Of a DNA stretch of 30,422 nucleotides, positions 24,038 to 30,422 are shown piece after piece; positions within the stretch are counted from its first letter, which is position 1; each line of letters starts with the position of its first letter. The DNA comes from a virus (Duplodnaviria > Caudoviricetes). The stretch covers positions 1-30,422 of IMG/VR virus record IMGVR_UViG_3300032236_001020, one strand, 5' to 3'. A program made the translations under genes and the position numbers. The notes below the pieces were generated by a model. The model did not search any database and was not told the origin of the DNA. It saw only the letters and a program-made list of their open reading frames with translations.

Positions 24038-24113
24038 GCCCATTTAGCTCAGTTGGTAGAGCATCTCATTAGTAATGAGGAGGTCTGCGGTTCGAATCCG
24101 TAAATGGGCACCA
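24038..24113 (+). tRNA. tRNA-Thr(AGT), A34 anticodon
   Basis: CTCA TT-AGT-AA TGAG; canonical D and T arms; CCA. Confidence 0.9.
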
Positions 24114-24125
24114 ACGAATAATATT

Positions 24126-24824
24126 ATGACTGAACCTAAAATCTTTATTGCAACACCGATGTATGGTGGACAGTGTTACGGCACTTACGCTAACTCGATG
24201 ATTACTCTTGTGAATGTTCTCGCCAGAAAGAACTGGCTTGGCACATGGTCATTTTTGTATAATGAATCTTTGATCCAACGAGGTAGAAATACTTTAGTCC
24301 ATCAATTCCTACAAACAGACTATACGCATTTATTGTTCATCGATTCAGACATGGGTTTCTTTGCCCATGATGTAATGTCAATGATAGAGCAGGATGTAGG
24401 TATCGTTAGTGCATTGTGTCCAAAGAAGAAACTAGATTGGAATTTGATCGCCAGTGCTGCAATTGCTGGAGTACCACCAGACCAACTAATGACGGCAACA
24501 GCCGAGTGGGCATATTTACCACTACAAGAGATTGGTATACTAGATACAAGCGAACAAAAGATAGTAGAGATAGAAGCAGCAGGTACTGGACTAATCTTAA
24601 TTAAGAGAGAAGTGTTCGAACAGGTAGATGTCCCTTACTTTACAGCAACAAACGGAGAGAACATTAAGATGTTCTTTGAAACCAAATTGGATGAAGACAG
24701 TGGGCTAAATAACTATCTGTCTGAAGATTATAATTTCTGTAAGATGTATAGAAACAAAGGTGGCAAAGTATATCTTGCCCCATGGACAAAAGTAAAACAT
24801 ACAGGTACTTTAACATTTGGTTAG
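24126..24824 (+). CDS. GT-A fold glycosyltransferase-like protein
   Basis: IATPMYGG, ESLIQRGRN, LFIDSD, GTGLILIKREVF, SEDYNFC; ATG 24126 (the track start lies inside the tRNA). Confidence 0.8.
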   Translation: MTEPKIFIATPMYGGQCYGTYANSMITLVNVLARKNWLGTWSFLYNESLIQRGRNTLVHQFLQTDYTHLLFIDSDMGFFAHDVMSMIEQDVGIVSALCPKKKLDWNLIASAAIAGVPPDQLMTATAEWAYLPLQEIGILDTSEQKIVEIEAAGTGLILIKREVFEQVDVPYFTATNGENIKMFFETKLDEDSGLNNYLSEDYNFCKMYRNKGGKVYLAPWTKVKHTGTLTFG

Positions 24825-24832
24825 GAGAAAAG

Positions 24833-25105
24833 GTGACAATACCACAAAGACAAAAAGAATACGGTAGAGGTAAGAAAAGAGAAAAACGATTCGATGGCAG
24901 TTCGGTAATCGTTCAAGATGGTAGATTTGAACAGGCACTGCGCCAGTTCAAACGAAAGATAGACGAGAATGGTCTATTGCAAGAATTAAGAGAACGACAA
25001 GAGTATGTCAAGCCAACAACCAAAAGGAAGATGGCAAAGGGTAGGGCAAAAGCCAGATGGCGTAAGTTTATTCGCCAACAGCAATTGCCAGAGAAATTAT
25101 ATTAA
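24833..25105 (+). CDS. rpsU: 30S ribosomal protein bS21 with N-terminal extension
   Basis: FEQALRQFKRKIDENGLLQELRERQEYVKPTTKRK; GTG start after AGGAG. Confidence 0.9.
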   Translation: MTIPQRQKEYGRGKKREKRFDGSSVIVQDGRFEQALRQFKRKIDENGLLQELRERQEYVKPTTKRKMAKGRAKARWRKFIRQQQLPEKLY

Positions 25106-25109
25106 CAAT

Positions 25110-25187
25110 CGCAGGGTATGGAAGTGGTCTATCCGTCTGGTCTCATAAGCCATGAAATCGTTGGTTCGAATCCAACCCCTGCAACCA
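25110..25187 (+). tRNA. Initiator-like tRNA-fMet(CAT)
   Basis: C1:A72 mismatch; CT-CAT-AA; AACCA end. Confidence 0.85.
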
Positions 25188-25200
25188 AATAAAGGCAAAC

Positions 25201-25452
25201 ATGAAACTACTTAAATTTTACGCTGAATGGTGTGGTCCTTGCAAAATGCAAACCATGGTTATTAAGAATGCTGGTGACAAAATTACTGTACCAGTTGAAG
25301 AAGTTGACATTGATTCAAATGTATTCATGGCTAGCAATTTCAATATTCGCTCTGTTCCTACCATGGTGTTGGTGGACGACAAAGAGAAAGAGATCAAACG
25401 CAAGGTTGGCGTAATGCAAGAATCGGAGTTGATCGAATGGTTAGCGTCTTAG
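25201..25452 (+). CDS. Thioredoxin
   Basis: FYAEWCGPCK, IRSVPT. Confidence 0.93.
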   Translation: MKLLKFYAEWCGPCKMQTMVIKNAGDKITVPVEEVDIDSNVFMASNFNIRSVPTMVLVDDKEKEIKRKVGVMQESELIEWLAS

Positions 25453-25592
25453 TATTTGTTGCGGTAGTTATAATTGTTGGAGTTGTAACAAATAAACTAC
25501 CAGCGTCAAGGTGTAACTACCATTGCAGGCAAGGAAGGAATTGCACCTGTGGCATAAATAGTCCATCAGAGGAGAAACAAGATGGCAGGTAA
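25437..25592 (+). CDS. Small membrane protein with Cys motif (CNYHCRQGRNCTC), 51 aa
   Basis: Hand translation. Confidence 0.55.
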   Translation: MVSVLVFVAVVIIVGVVTNKLPASRCNYHCRQGRNCTCGINSPSEEKQDGR

Positions 25593-25758
25593 CAAACCGA
25601 CAATTCGACTAATCAAGTATCAGGATCCAGCGATGACTGCACCTATTTACTATTGGGTGCTTATCAACAAACCAACAGAGAGAGTTGGTCCAATCTATTT
25701 TACAACCCAGCAAGAAGCATGGGACTGGGCAACGCAGAACGGATACAAGTATAAGTAA
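25582..25758 (+). CDS. Hypothetical protein, 58 aa; CATAAATA late-type promoter at 25553-25560
   Basis: SD GAGGAG; hand translation. Confidence 0.7.
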   Translation: MAGNKPTIRLIKYQDPAMTAPIYYWVLINKPTERVGPIYFTTQQEAWDWATQNGYKYK

Positions 25759-25763
25759 ACTAT

Positions 25764-25910
25764 ATGACTGATGATGAGATTTTGAAACTATACAATGAGA
25801 TGGTAGATTATTATGGCGAGTCACTCCCCAATTATGAACATGAGCCAATTCGGTTTGCCTACTATGTTCGTAACTTTCGTTATTACAAAAGCAGACAATT
25901 CATAGATTGA
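25764..25910 (+). CDS. Hypothetical protein, 48 aa (LPNYEHEPIRFAYYV)
   Basis: Hand translation. Confidence 0.6.
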   Translation: MTDDEILKLYNEMVDYYGESLPNYEHEPIRFAYYVRNFRYYKSRQFID

Positions 25911-25911
25911 G

Positions 25912-25940
25912 TTGTCTGCAATTTTCATTTAGGGTATAAT
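25912..25940 (+). promoter_or_regulatory. Early sigma70-like promoter
   Basis: TTGTCT-N17-TATAAT. Confidence 0.75.
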
Positions 25941-25945
25941 AAATT

Positions 25946-26056
25946 ATGACTGATCTTTTAATAGCAATTTTTATTGGTGTTGTCCTTGGCTTTGGGCTGG
26001 GTGCAACGATGTTCGTAAGGCATTGTAAGAATACAGCAAATACAGAAGAGGATTGA
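25946..26056 (+). CDS. Small membrane protein, 36 aa, probably leaderless
   Basis: ATG 5 nt after TATAAT; hydrophobic. Confidence 0.5.
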   Translation: MTDLLIAIFIGVVLGFGLGATMFVRHCKNTANTEED

Positions 26057-26247
26057 TGGAATACTTTATTATTCTTGTTTTTGGAATTCTTCTTGGATAC
26101 AACTTCAGGAAACAACCAACACAGGTAAAGGAAGATGACAAGGATTTTACCTACTACAAAAACCTATCATCCTCACTAATGAACGATGTTCGATGCTTAC
26201 GGCAAGAGAATAGAGAACTCCGTGGAATTTCCAGAACATCAGATTAA
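26056..26247 (+). CDS. Small membrane-anchored protein
   Basis: SD GAGGA; N-terminal TM. Confidence 0.65.
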   Translation: MEYFIILVFGILLGYNFRKQPTQVKEDDKDFTYYKNLSSSLMNDVRCLRQENRELRGISRTSD

Positions 26248-26395
26248 ACGCTGGTATAAAAACCTATACAAAGGAGAACGATGGCTGGTAGTTATCGCTC
26301 TCATTTTAACATTTTTTGTTATGGTACTGTGGGCAACCAATGATACCATAAGAGCAAGACCCCACCCTAAATTCATTATATTGGAGAGAAAATGA
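26222..26395 (+). CDS. Small membrane protein (start uncertain)
   Basis: TM WLVVIALILTFFVMVLW; stop overlaps GroES start. Confidence 0.55.
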   Translation: MEFPEHQIKRWYKNLYKGERWLVVIALILTFFVMVLWATNDTIRARPHPKFIILERK

Positions 26396-26658
26396 TTGTT
26401 ACACCATTGAAGAAAAAAGTCCTAGTTGCAGAGAATAAAGTAGAACAAACTACCGATTCTGGTATTATTCTGGATGGCACTACAAGCAACCGAGACAGCA
26501 AACAAGGAACAGTTCTTGCAATTGGACCAGATGTTACAATGGTTGAAGTAGGCGATGTAATCATGCTTGAATGGAACAAAGCACAGGTAGTAAAGATTGG
26601 CGATGCCCAACGAGTTATCGTCGATGAGGACAATATTGTAGCTGTAGTGGAGAGTTAA
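26392..26658 (+). CDS. groES: Co-chaperonin GroES-like
   Basis: PLKKKVLV, TDSGIIL, GTVLAIGPD, VGDVI, EDNIVAVV. Confidence 0.9.
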   Translation: MIVTPLKKKVLVAENKVEQTTDSGIILDGTTSNRDSKQGTVLAIGPDVTMVEVGDVIMLEWNKAQVVKIGDAQRVIVDEDNIVAVVES

Positions 26659-26659
26659 G

Positions 26660-26968
26660 ATGGGTTATGGTATGAGTGATGGTGGCAAAGGTTCAAAGCC
26701 AAGACCATTCAATATCAGCAAGGATGAGTTTGCTCAGCGCCATGATCAGATTTTTGGGCAGACTAGGAAGTGGTACTTTAATAAACAGTGTGGGTGCTAT
26801 CGTTGTATGGATCTGCAGTTTGATCCACATACAAACATGCCAATGACTGTTAGTCGTTTTATCGTTTGTCCAGAATGCGGAAACAAGCGATGCCCAAGAG
26901 CAACAGACCATACATTGGCTTGCACCAACAGTAACGAACCAGGACAAGACGGAAGCAGATACAAATGA
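26660..26968 (+). CDS. Cys-rich Zn-binding hypothetical protein
   Basis: CGCYRC, CPECGNKRCPRATDH. Confidence 0.75.
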   Translation: MGYGMSDGGKGSKPRPFNISKDEFAQRHDQIFGQTRKWYFNKQCGCYRCMDLQFDPHTNMPMTVSRFIVCPECGNKRCPRATDHTLACTNSNEPGQDGSRYK

Positions 26969-27264
26969 CTACTTTTACAACCGAAGATCGAATGCGATCA
27001 GAGAAGTTTGATTTAGTTAAATACCGAGACGCTGGTATGAATTCTTATACCTACTTTTGGAAAGATGCCAACAACCATACCGTGAGCCCATTCTTTGATA
27101 GCGAGAGAGAAGCGCAGGACTGGATGGATCTTGAAAATTATAAAAGACAAGCCAGAGGATTGTGGAGTGATTCATGCACAACTCAGAGAGAAGATAAACT
27201 AGGCTCGCTGGAAGAAGCAGAAGAATTTGCCAAGAAACGAAACTACCGATACAACAATGACTAA
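26965..27264 (+). CDS. Hypothetical protein (MTTFTTEDR)
   Basis: ATGA coupling. Confidence 0.75.
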   Translation: MTTFTTEDRMRSEKFDLVKYRDAGMNSYTYFWKDANNHTVSPFFDSEREAQDWMDLENYKRQARGLWSDSCTTQREDKLGSLEEAEEFAKKRNYRYNND

Positions 27265-27375
27265 TTTTGAAATAGCAATGATCGTTCTATCAGCTACTAG
27301 CACTTTCAATACAGTGGCGTTGATAATTGTTCTGTGGAAAGTTTTCGCAGGGTAGTTATCGCTCTCGACTTACCC

Positions 27376-27723
27376 ATGGGACAATACAAAGCCAAAGACT
27401 GCCCGACCTGCGGAACAACGCACAACAAACGAGGACCATACTGCTCTCGTTCCTGCGGTAACCATCGCCAATACACTACAACGCAGAAGCAAGCCAAGAG
27501 CAAAGCGATGCGAGAGCACATGGCTGGCGACTCGGACTCGGCTACCCTAAGCAAGTGGATCATTGCGGAGAAGGGTAGGTTTCACCGAGAGAGCATAGCG
27601 GATCCAAACGCACCCAAAGCCAGCGAGAGAGATCCAAACGACTACAATGTCCTTCCGAACACACGGATCGAGAGAGGGCAATTCGTAGCGGATGGCGCAC
27701 TCTGGACCGAAGCCGACCAATAA
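27376..27723 (+). CDS. Zn-ribbon hypothetical protein
   Basis: CPTC...YCSRSC; start uncertain (27334 or 27376). Confidence 0.7.
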   Translation: MGQYKAKDCPTCGTTHNKRGPYCSRSCGNHRQYTTTQKQAKSKAMREHMAGDSDSATLSKWIIAEKGRFHRESIADPNAPKASERDPNDYNVLPNTRIERGQFVADGALWTEADQ

Positions 27724-27836
27724 CCCTCAGTTCTGTAGGGTTATTCTACCCTAAAATTCCCTTATAAATCAACAACTTACGGCATCCCGAGAGGGAGCAG
27801 AAATCGCTTGCCCTAAATTCGGTTTTATGCCATAAT
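27721..27836 (+). promoter_or_regulatory. Palindromic box copy 3 (27721-27743), IHF-consensus site (27767-27779) and promoter TTGCCC-N17-CATAAT (27808-27836)
   Basis: TAACCCTCA GTTCT GTAGGGTTA; AATCAACAACTTA. Confidence 0.7.
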
Positions 27837-27865
27837 TAGTTATAGTTTGAAATTTAGGAGTTTTT

Positions 27866-28063
27866 ATGAGCTGTACCCTGTTAAACCAATACCGTGACAC
27901 GACTAACCGCTACCACTTTGTTGGTATCCCAATGGCGAATTTGGCTGAAGTCCAAGCCCACTTCCGTCCTGGGGGTTGTTTTGTTCGTTACATCTACAAA
28001 AATGCTGAAGGCAAAAACTGCAAAAAAGCTGATGCCGTTACCTTTGCTGTGGGTGATCAATAA
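27866..28063 (+). CDS. Hypothetical protein
   Basis: SD AGGAG. Confidence 0.75.
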   Translation: MSCTLLNQYRDTTNRYHFVGIPMANLAEVQAHFRPGGCFVRYIYKNAEGKNCKKADAVTFAVGDQ

Positions 28064-28124
28064 CCCTACTATGGGTATGGTTTCTCAGAAATCTCTTGCC
28101 CTTTATTCAAAAATAGACGATAAT
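28061..28124 (+). promoter_or_regulatory. Palindromic box copy 4 (28061-28083) and promoter TTGCCC-N17-GATAAT (28096-28124)
   Basis: TAACCCTAC TATGG GTATGGTTT; leader TAGTTATAGTTTGAAA shared with the 27808 promoter. Confidence 0.65.
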
Positions 28125-28155
28125 TAGTTATAGTTTGAAAATCTTGGAGAAATAT

Positions 28156-29061
28156 ATGAATGTTACTGTTGCCTTTGATGCTGGTTCTAAAAAGTGGGTT
28201 GGTTCTATTAATGGTCAACCAGTTGTTCGCAGTATCGGCAAGCGATATGTTGAACGCAAGCTGGAAGAAATGGCTGGCGAGAAAGTTGACTTCGCTGCAT
28301 CCGCTGTGAAGCAAGCTGAAAAGCAAGAACGATTTGGCATCAATGCTCGCTTCGGTTTCGTTGAGAAATTAGTCGGTATGGTTGCCCAAGGTGTTCAGCC
28401 CAGTGCTGTTATCACTGGCGAAGGTGGCTTGGGTAAGACCTACACTGTTACTAAGACCTTGCTTGACAATGGCTATACCGATATTTCTAATCTTGCTGAC
28501 TTCCAAGTCGGTACTGTTATCAATACTCGTCGTTGCTTTACCACTGTTAAGGGTTACAGTACTCCAAAGGGTTTGTACCGCACTCTGTTTGAAAACAATA
28601 ACTCTGTTATCGTGTTCGACGACTGCGACTCTGTGTTAAAAGACCCAGTTGCCCTTAACCTGTTGAAGTCTGCCCTTGATTCTTACGGCAAGCGTATCAT
28701 TAGCTGGAATGCCGACATGCGTGACGAAGACCTGCCAAGATCTTTCGAGTTTACTGGTCGTGTTATCTTCATCTCAAACATGAGCCAAGACAAGATCGAC
28801 CAAGCCATCCGCAGTCGTTCTATGATGATCGACCTTGCGATGACTACCGACCAGAAACTCGACCGCATGGAACACATTGCTGCCAGCGACGAGTTTTTGC
28901 CTGAGTACGATGCTAAGGTTAAGAACGATGCGTTGAACCTGATCCGTGAAATCAAAGCTGAAGTAAACGAAATTTCTCTCCGTACCTTGATCGCTGTTAG
29001 CAAAATCCGTGCTAACAACAAAGACTGGAAAGATCTTGCTGTTTACATGTTGACAAACTAA
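28156..29061 (+). CDS. P-loop NTPase / AAA+-like ATPase
   Basis: Walker A GEGGLGKT, Walker B IVFDDCD, VIFISN, AIRSR; ATG 28156 after GGAG. Confidence 0.88.
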   Translation: MNVTVAFDAGSKKWVGSINGQPVVRSIGKRYVERKLEEMAGEKVDFAASAVKQAEKQERFGINARFGFVEKLVGMVAQGVQPSAVITGEGGLGKTYTVTKTLLDNGYTDISNLADFQVGTVINTRRCFTTVKGYSTPKGLYRTLFENNNSVIVFDDCDSVLKDPVALNLLKSALDSYGKRIISWNADMRDEDLPRSFEFTGRVIFISNMSQDKIDQAIRSRSMMIDLAMTTDQKLDRMEHIAASDEFLPEYDAKVKNDALNLIREIKAEVNEISLRTLIAVSKIRANNKDWKDLAVYMLTN

Positions 29062-29072
29062 TCGGAGGTTAT

Positions 29073-29258
29073 ATGGACAAAGCGATGAGAACTATTCCTG
29101 GTATTGGTGAAGCAGGCATTGATACGGAAGCATCGGCAGGTAATGGATGCTTCTATGTTAAGTTGTATGATGGATCGTACGATGCTGTTGGCTTCGATAG
29201 TATTGAAGAAGCGTATGATGAATTGATCTACGCTGTTGAATCGAAAGGAACACTATGA
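29073..29258 (+). CDS. Hypothetical protein
   Basis: SD GGAGG. Confidence 0.75.
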   Translation: MDKAMRTIPGIGEAGIDTEASAGNGCFYVKLYDGSYDAVGFDSIEEAYDELIYAVESKGTL

Positions 29259-29470
29259 TTACGAGAAAATTCTTGGCTGGTTTAAACTTTCGCATTATGA
29301 CCGACAGCGACCGAATCGGTTTCGCTGGTTGCGAGTCCCCTGTTTCTCTTATTGCTGAATATGGCGATAACTACCTAGTGATTATTGATGGTTCGTATGC
29401 TGAGGTATGCGATGTAAACGAACTGCAATTGGTTGATTCTTGTGATGACATTCGTGAATTGGAGTACTAA
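29255..29470 (+). CDS. Hypothetical protein
   Basis: SD AAAGGA; ATGA coupling. Confidence 0.75.
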   Translation: MITRKFLAGLNFRIMTDSDRIGFAGCESPVSLIAEYGDNYLVIIDGSYAEVCDVNELQLVDSCDDIRELEY

Positions 29471-29472
29471 AG

Positions 29473-29685
29473 ATGAAATTAAGAGTAATTATCAATGGTG
29501 TATCCGTCTATACAACCCCTAATCGTATCCTGAAGGGGATCGGGGATTTTTCCAGCATTAATACCGTATGCCAACTAGCCCTTGCGGATATGGATCCCGA
29601 CTCTGTTGGCTTGTGCCGTACTTACAAACTGTACGATGGTAAGATGAAGAAAACCGAAATCACTGTACAAATCTCAAAGGTATAA
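29473..29685 (+). CDS. Hypothetical protein
   Basis: SD GGAG. Confidence 0.7.
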   Translation: MKLRVIINGVSVYTTPNRILKGIGDFSSINTVCQLALADMDPDSVGLCRTYKLYDGKMKKTEITVQISKV

Positions 29686-29768
29686 AAAGATGACCATAGC
29701 CCTAGTAGTAACAATCTACCTATTCGTTCTAGCAGTAATTGTAGCATTTGTAAAAGGAGTAAATTGCG

Positions 29769-29984
29769 ATGAGTAAACAATTTGTCTATGTCCTAACGCA
29801 AGAAGACGAGGACGGCACTACGGTAATCGGTGTATATGAAACCCAAGCAGCAGCTGAGGAAGAAAGAAACGCAATAATCCGAGACTACTTTGATATCCCC
29901 GAAGACGAAGTACCTGATGCATTCCTAGAAGACGAGGTAAGCGACTCGGTAACCTATGATATCGTAATGAGAGAATTGCTATGA
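29769..29984 (+). CDS. Acidic hypothetical protein
   Basis: SD AAGGAG. Confidence 0.75.
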   Translation: MSKQFVYVLTQEDEDGTTVIGVYETQAAAEEERNAIIRDYFDIPEDEVPDAFLEDEVSDSVTYDIVMRELL

Positions 29985-30160
29985 TAACCTATGACGCAGA
30001 GGGAAAGAACGCAATTCTCGTAACCACTACGCCAAGAGTCGAGTTTACCGATGCCGTACCGTTGTCCTTTATTAACGAATTTCTCCGTAGAATGGCCAAG
30101 AACCAGATCAAGGTACGGGATTATCAGGGGAATGAATTAAAGGTTTACTATGAAGGATGA
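29981..30160 (+). CDS. Hypothetical protein, 59 aa
   Basis: ATGA coupling; hand translation. Confidence 0.55.
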   Translation: MITYDAEGKNAILVTTTPRVEFTDAVPLSFINEFLRRMAKNQIKVRDYQGNELKVYYEG

Positions 30161-30346
30161 TACTGTGTTCTTTGGTACAATTATCGCATTCTGTCTAGTG
30201 TTTACTGGGCATCCGATACTGGGGTTTATTTTGGCTGTTTGGGTGTTGGTTTAGTAGTTATCGCTCTTCCCGTTATTTTCAATGATTCGTAGACATAAGC
30301 ACATTTGCAACGACGCCAGCCGAGAATCACCGCCAAAAAATATCGC

Positions 30347-30376
30347 TTGCCGTAAATACCCTAATTGTGGTATAAT
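30347..30376 (+). promoter_or_regulatory. Early sigma70-like promoter
   Basis: TTGCCG-N18-TATAAT with extended TG. Confidence 0.65.
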
Positions 30377-30422
30377 TACATTATACCGTGTTGATTATTG
30401 GAAGGCAAATATTATGAGTAAA

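Overview
Segment of a large lytic T4-like (Tevenvirinae-related) phage genome, almost all coding on the + strand. The host is probably a betaproteobacterium, inferred from the phage bS21 C-terminus. Left (1-7080): membrane/secreted proteins, a Cys-repeat protein, a NucA-type nuclease, and a PlcP/LpxH-like phosphoesterase next to a GT4 glycosyltransferase. Middle (7.1-19.9 kb): early-type genes behind sigma70-like TTGYCY-N17-TATAAT promoters, including DNA ligase, DsbA, RNase H, a MazG-like protein, dCMP deaminase and many small ORFs. 20.2-25.2 kb: an array of 28 CCA-ending tRNA genes covering all 20 amino acids, interspersed with an HNH nuclease, several long-stem structured ncRNA candidates, a glycosyltransferase-like gene and ribosomal protein bS21. 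Right: thioredoxin, GroES, a P-loop ATPase and small ORFs. The most striking observation is the control region of the tRNA array: a 40-codon leader ORF using 32 different codons (19 amino acids), whose last codons form an antiterminator mutually exclusive with a terminator, followed by a hairpin and a boxA-like motif. This looks like a translation-sensing attenuator for the phage tRNA supply. All calls are from manual reading of the sequence; no searches or folding programs were run.
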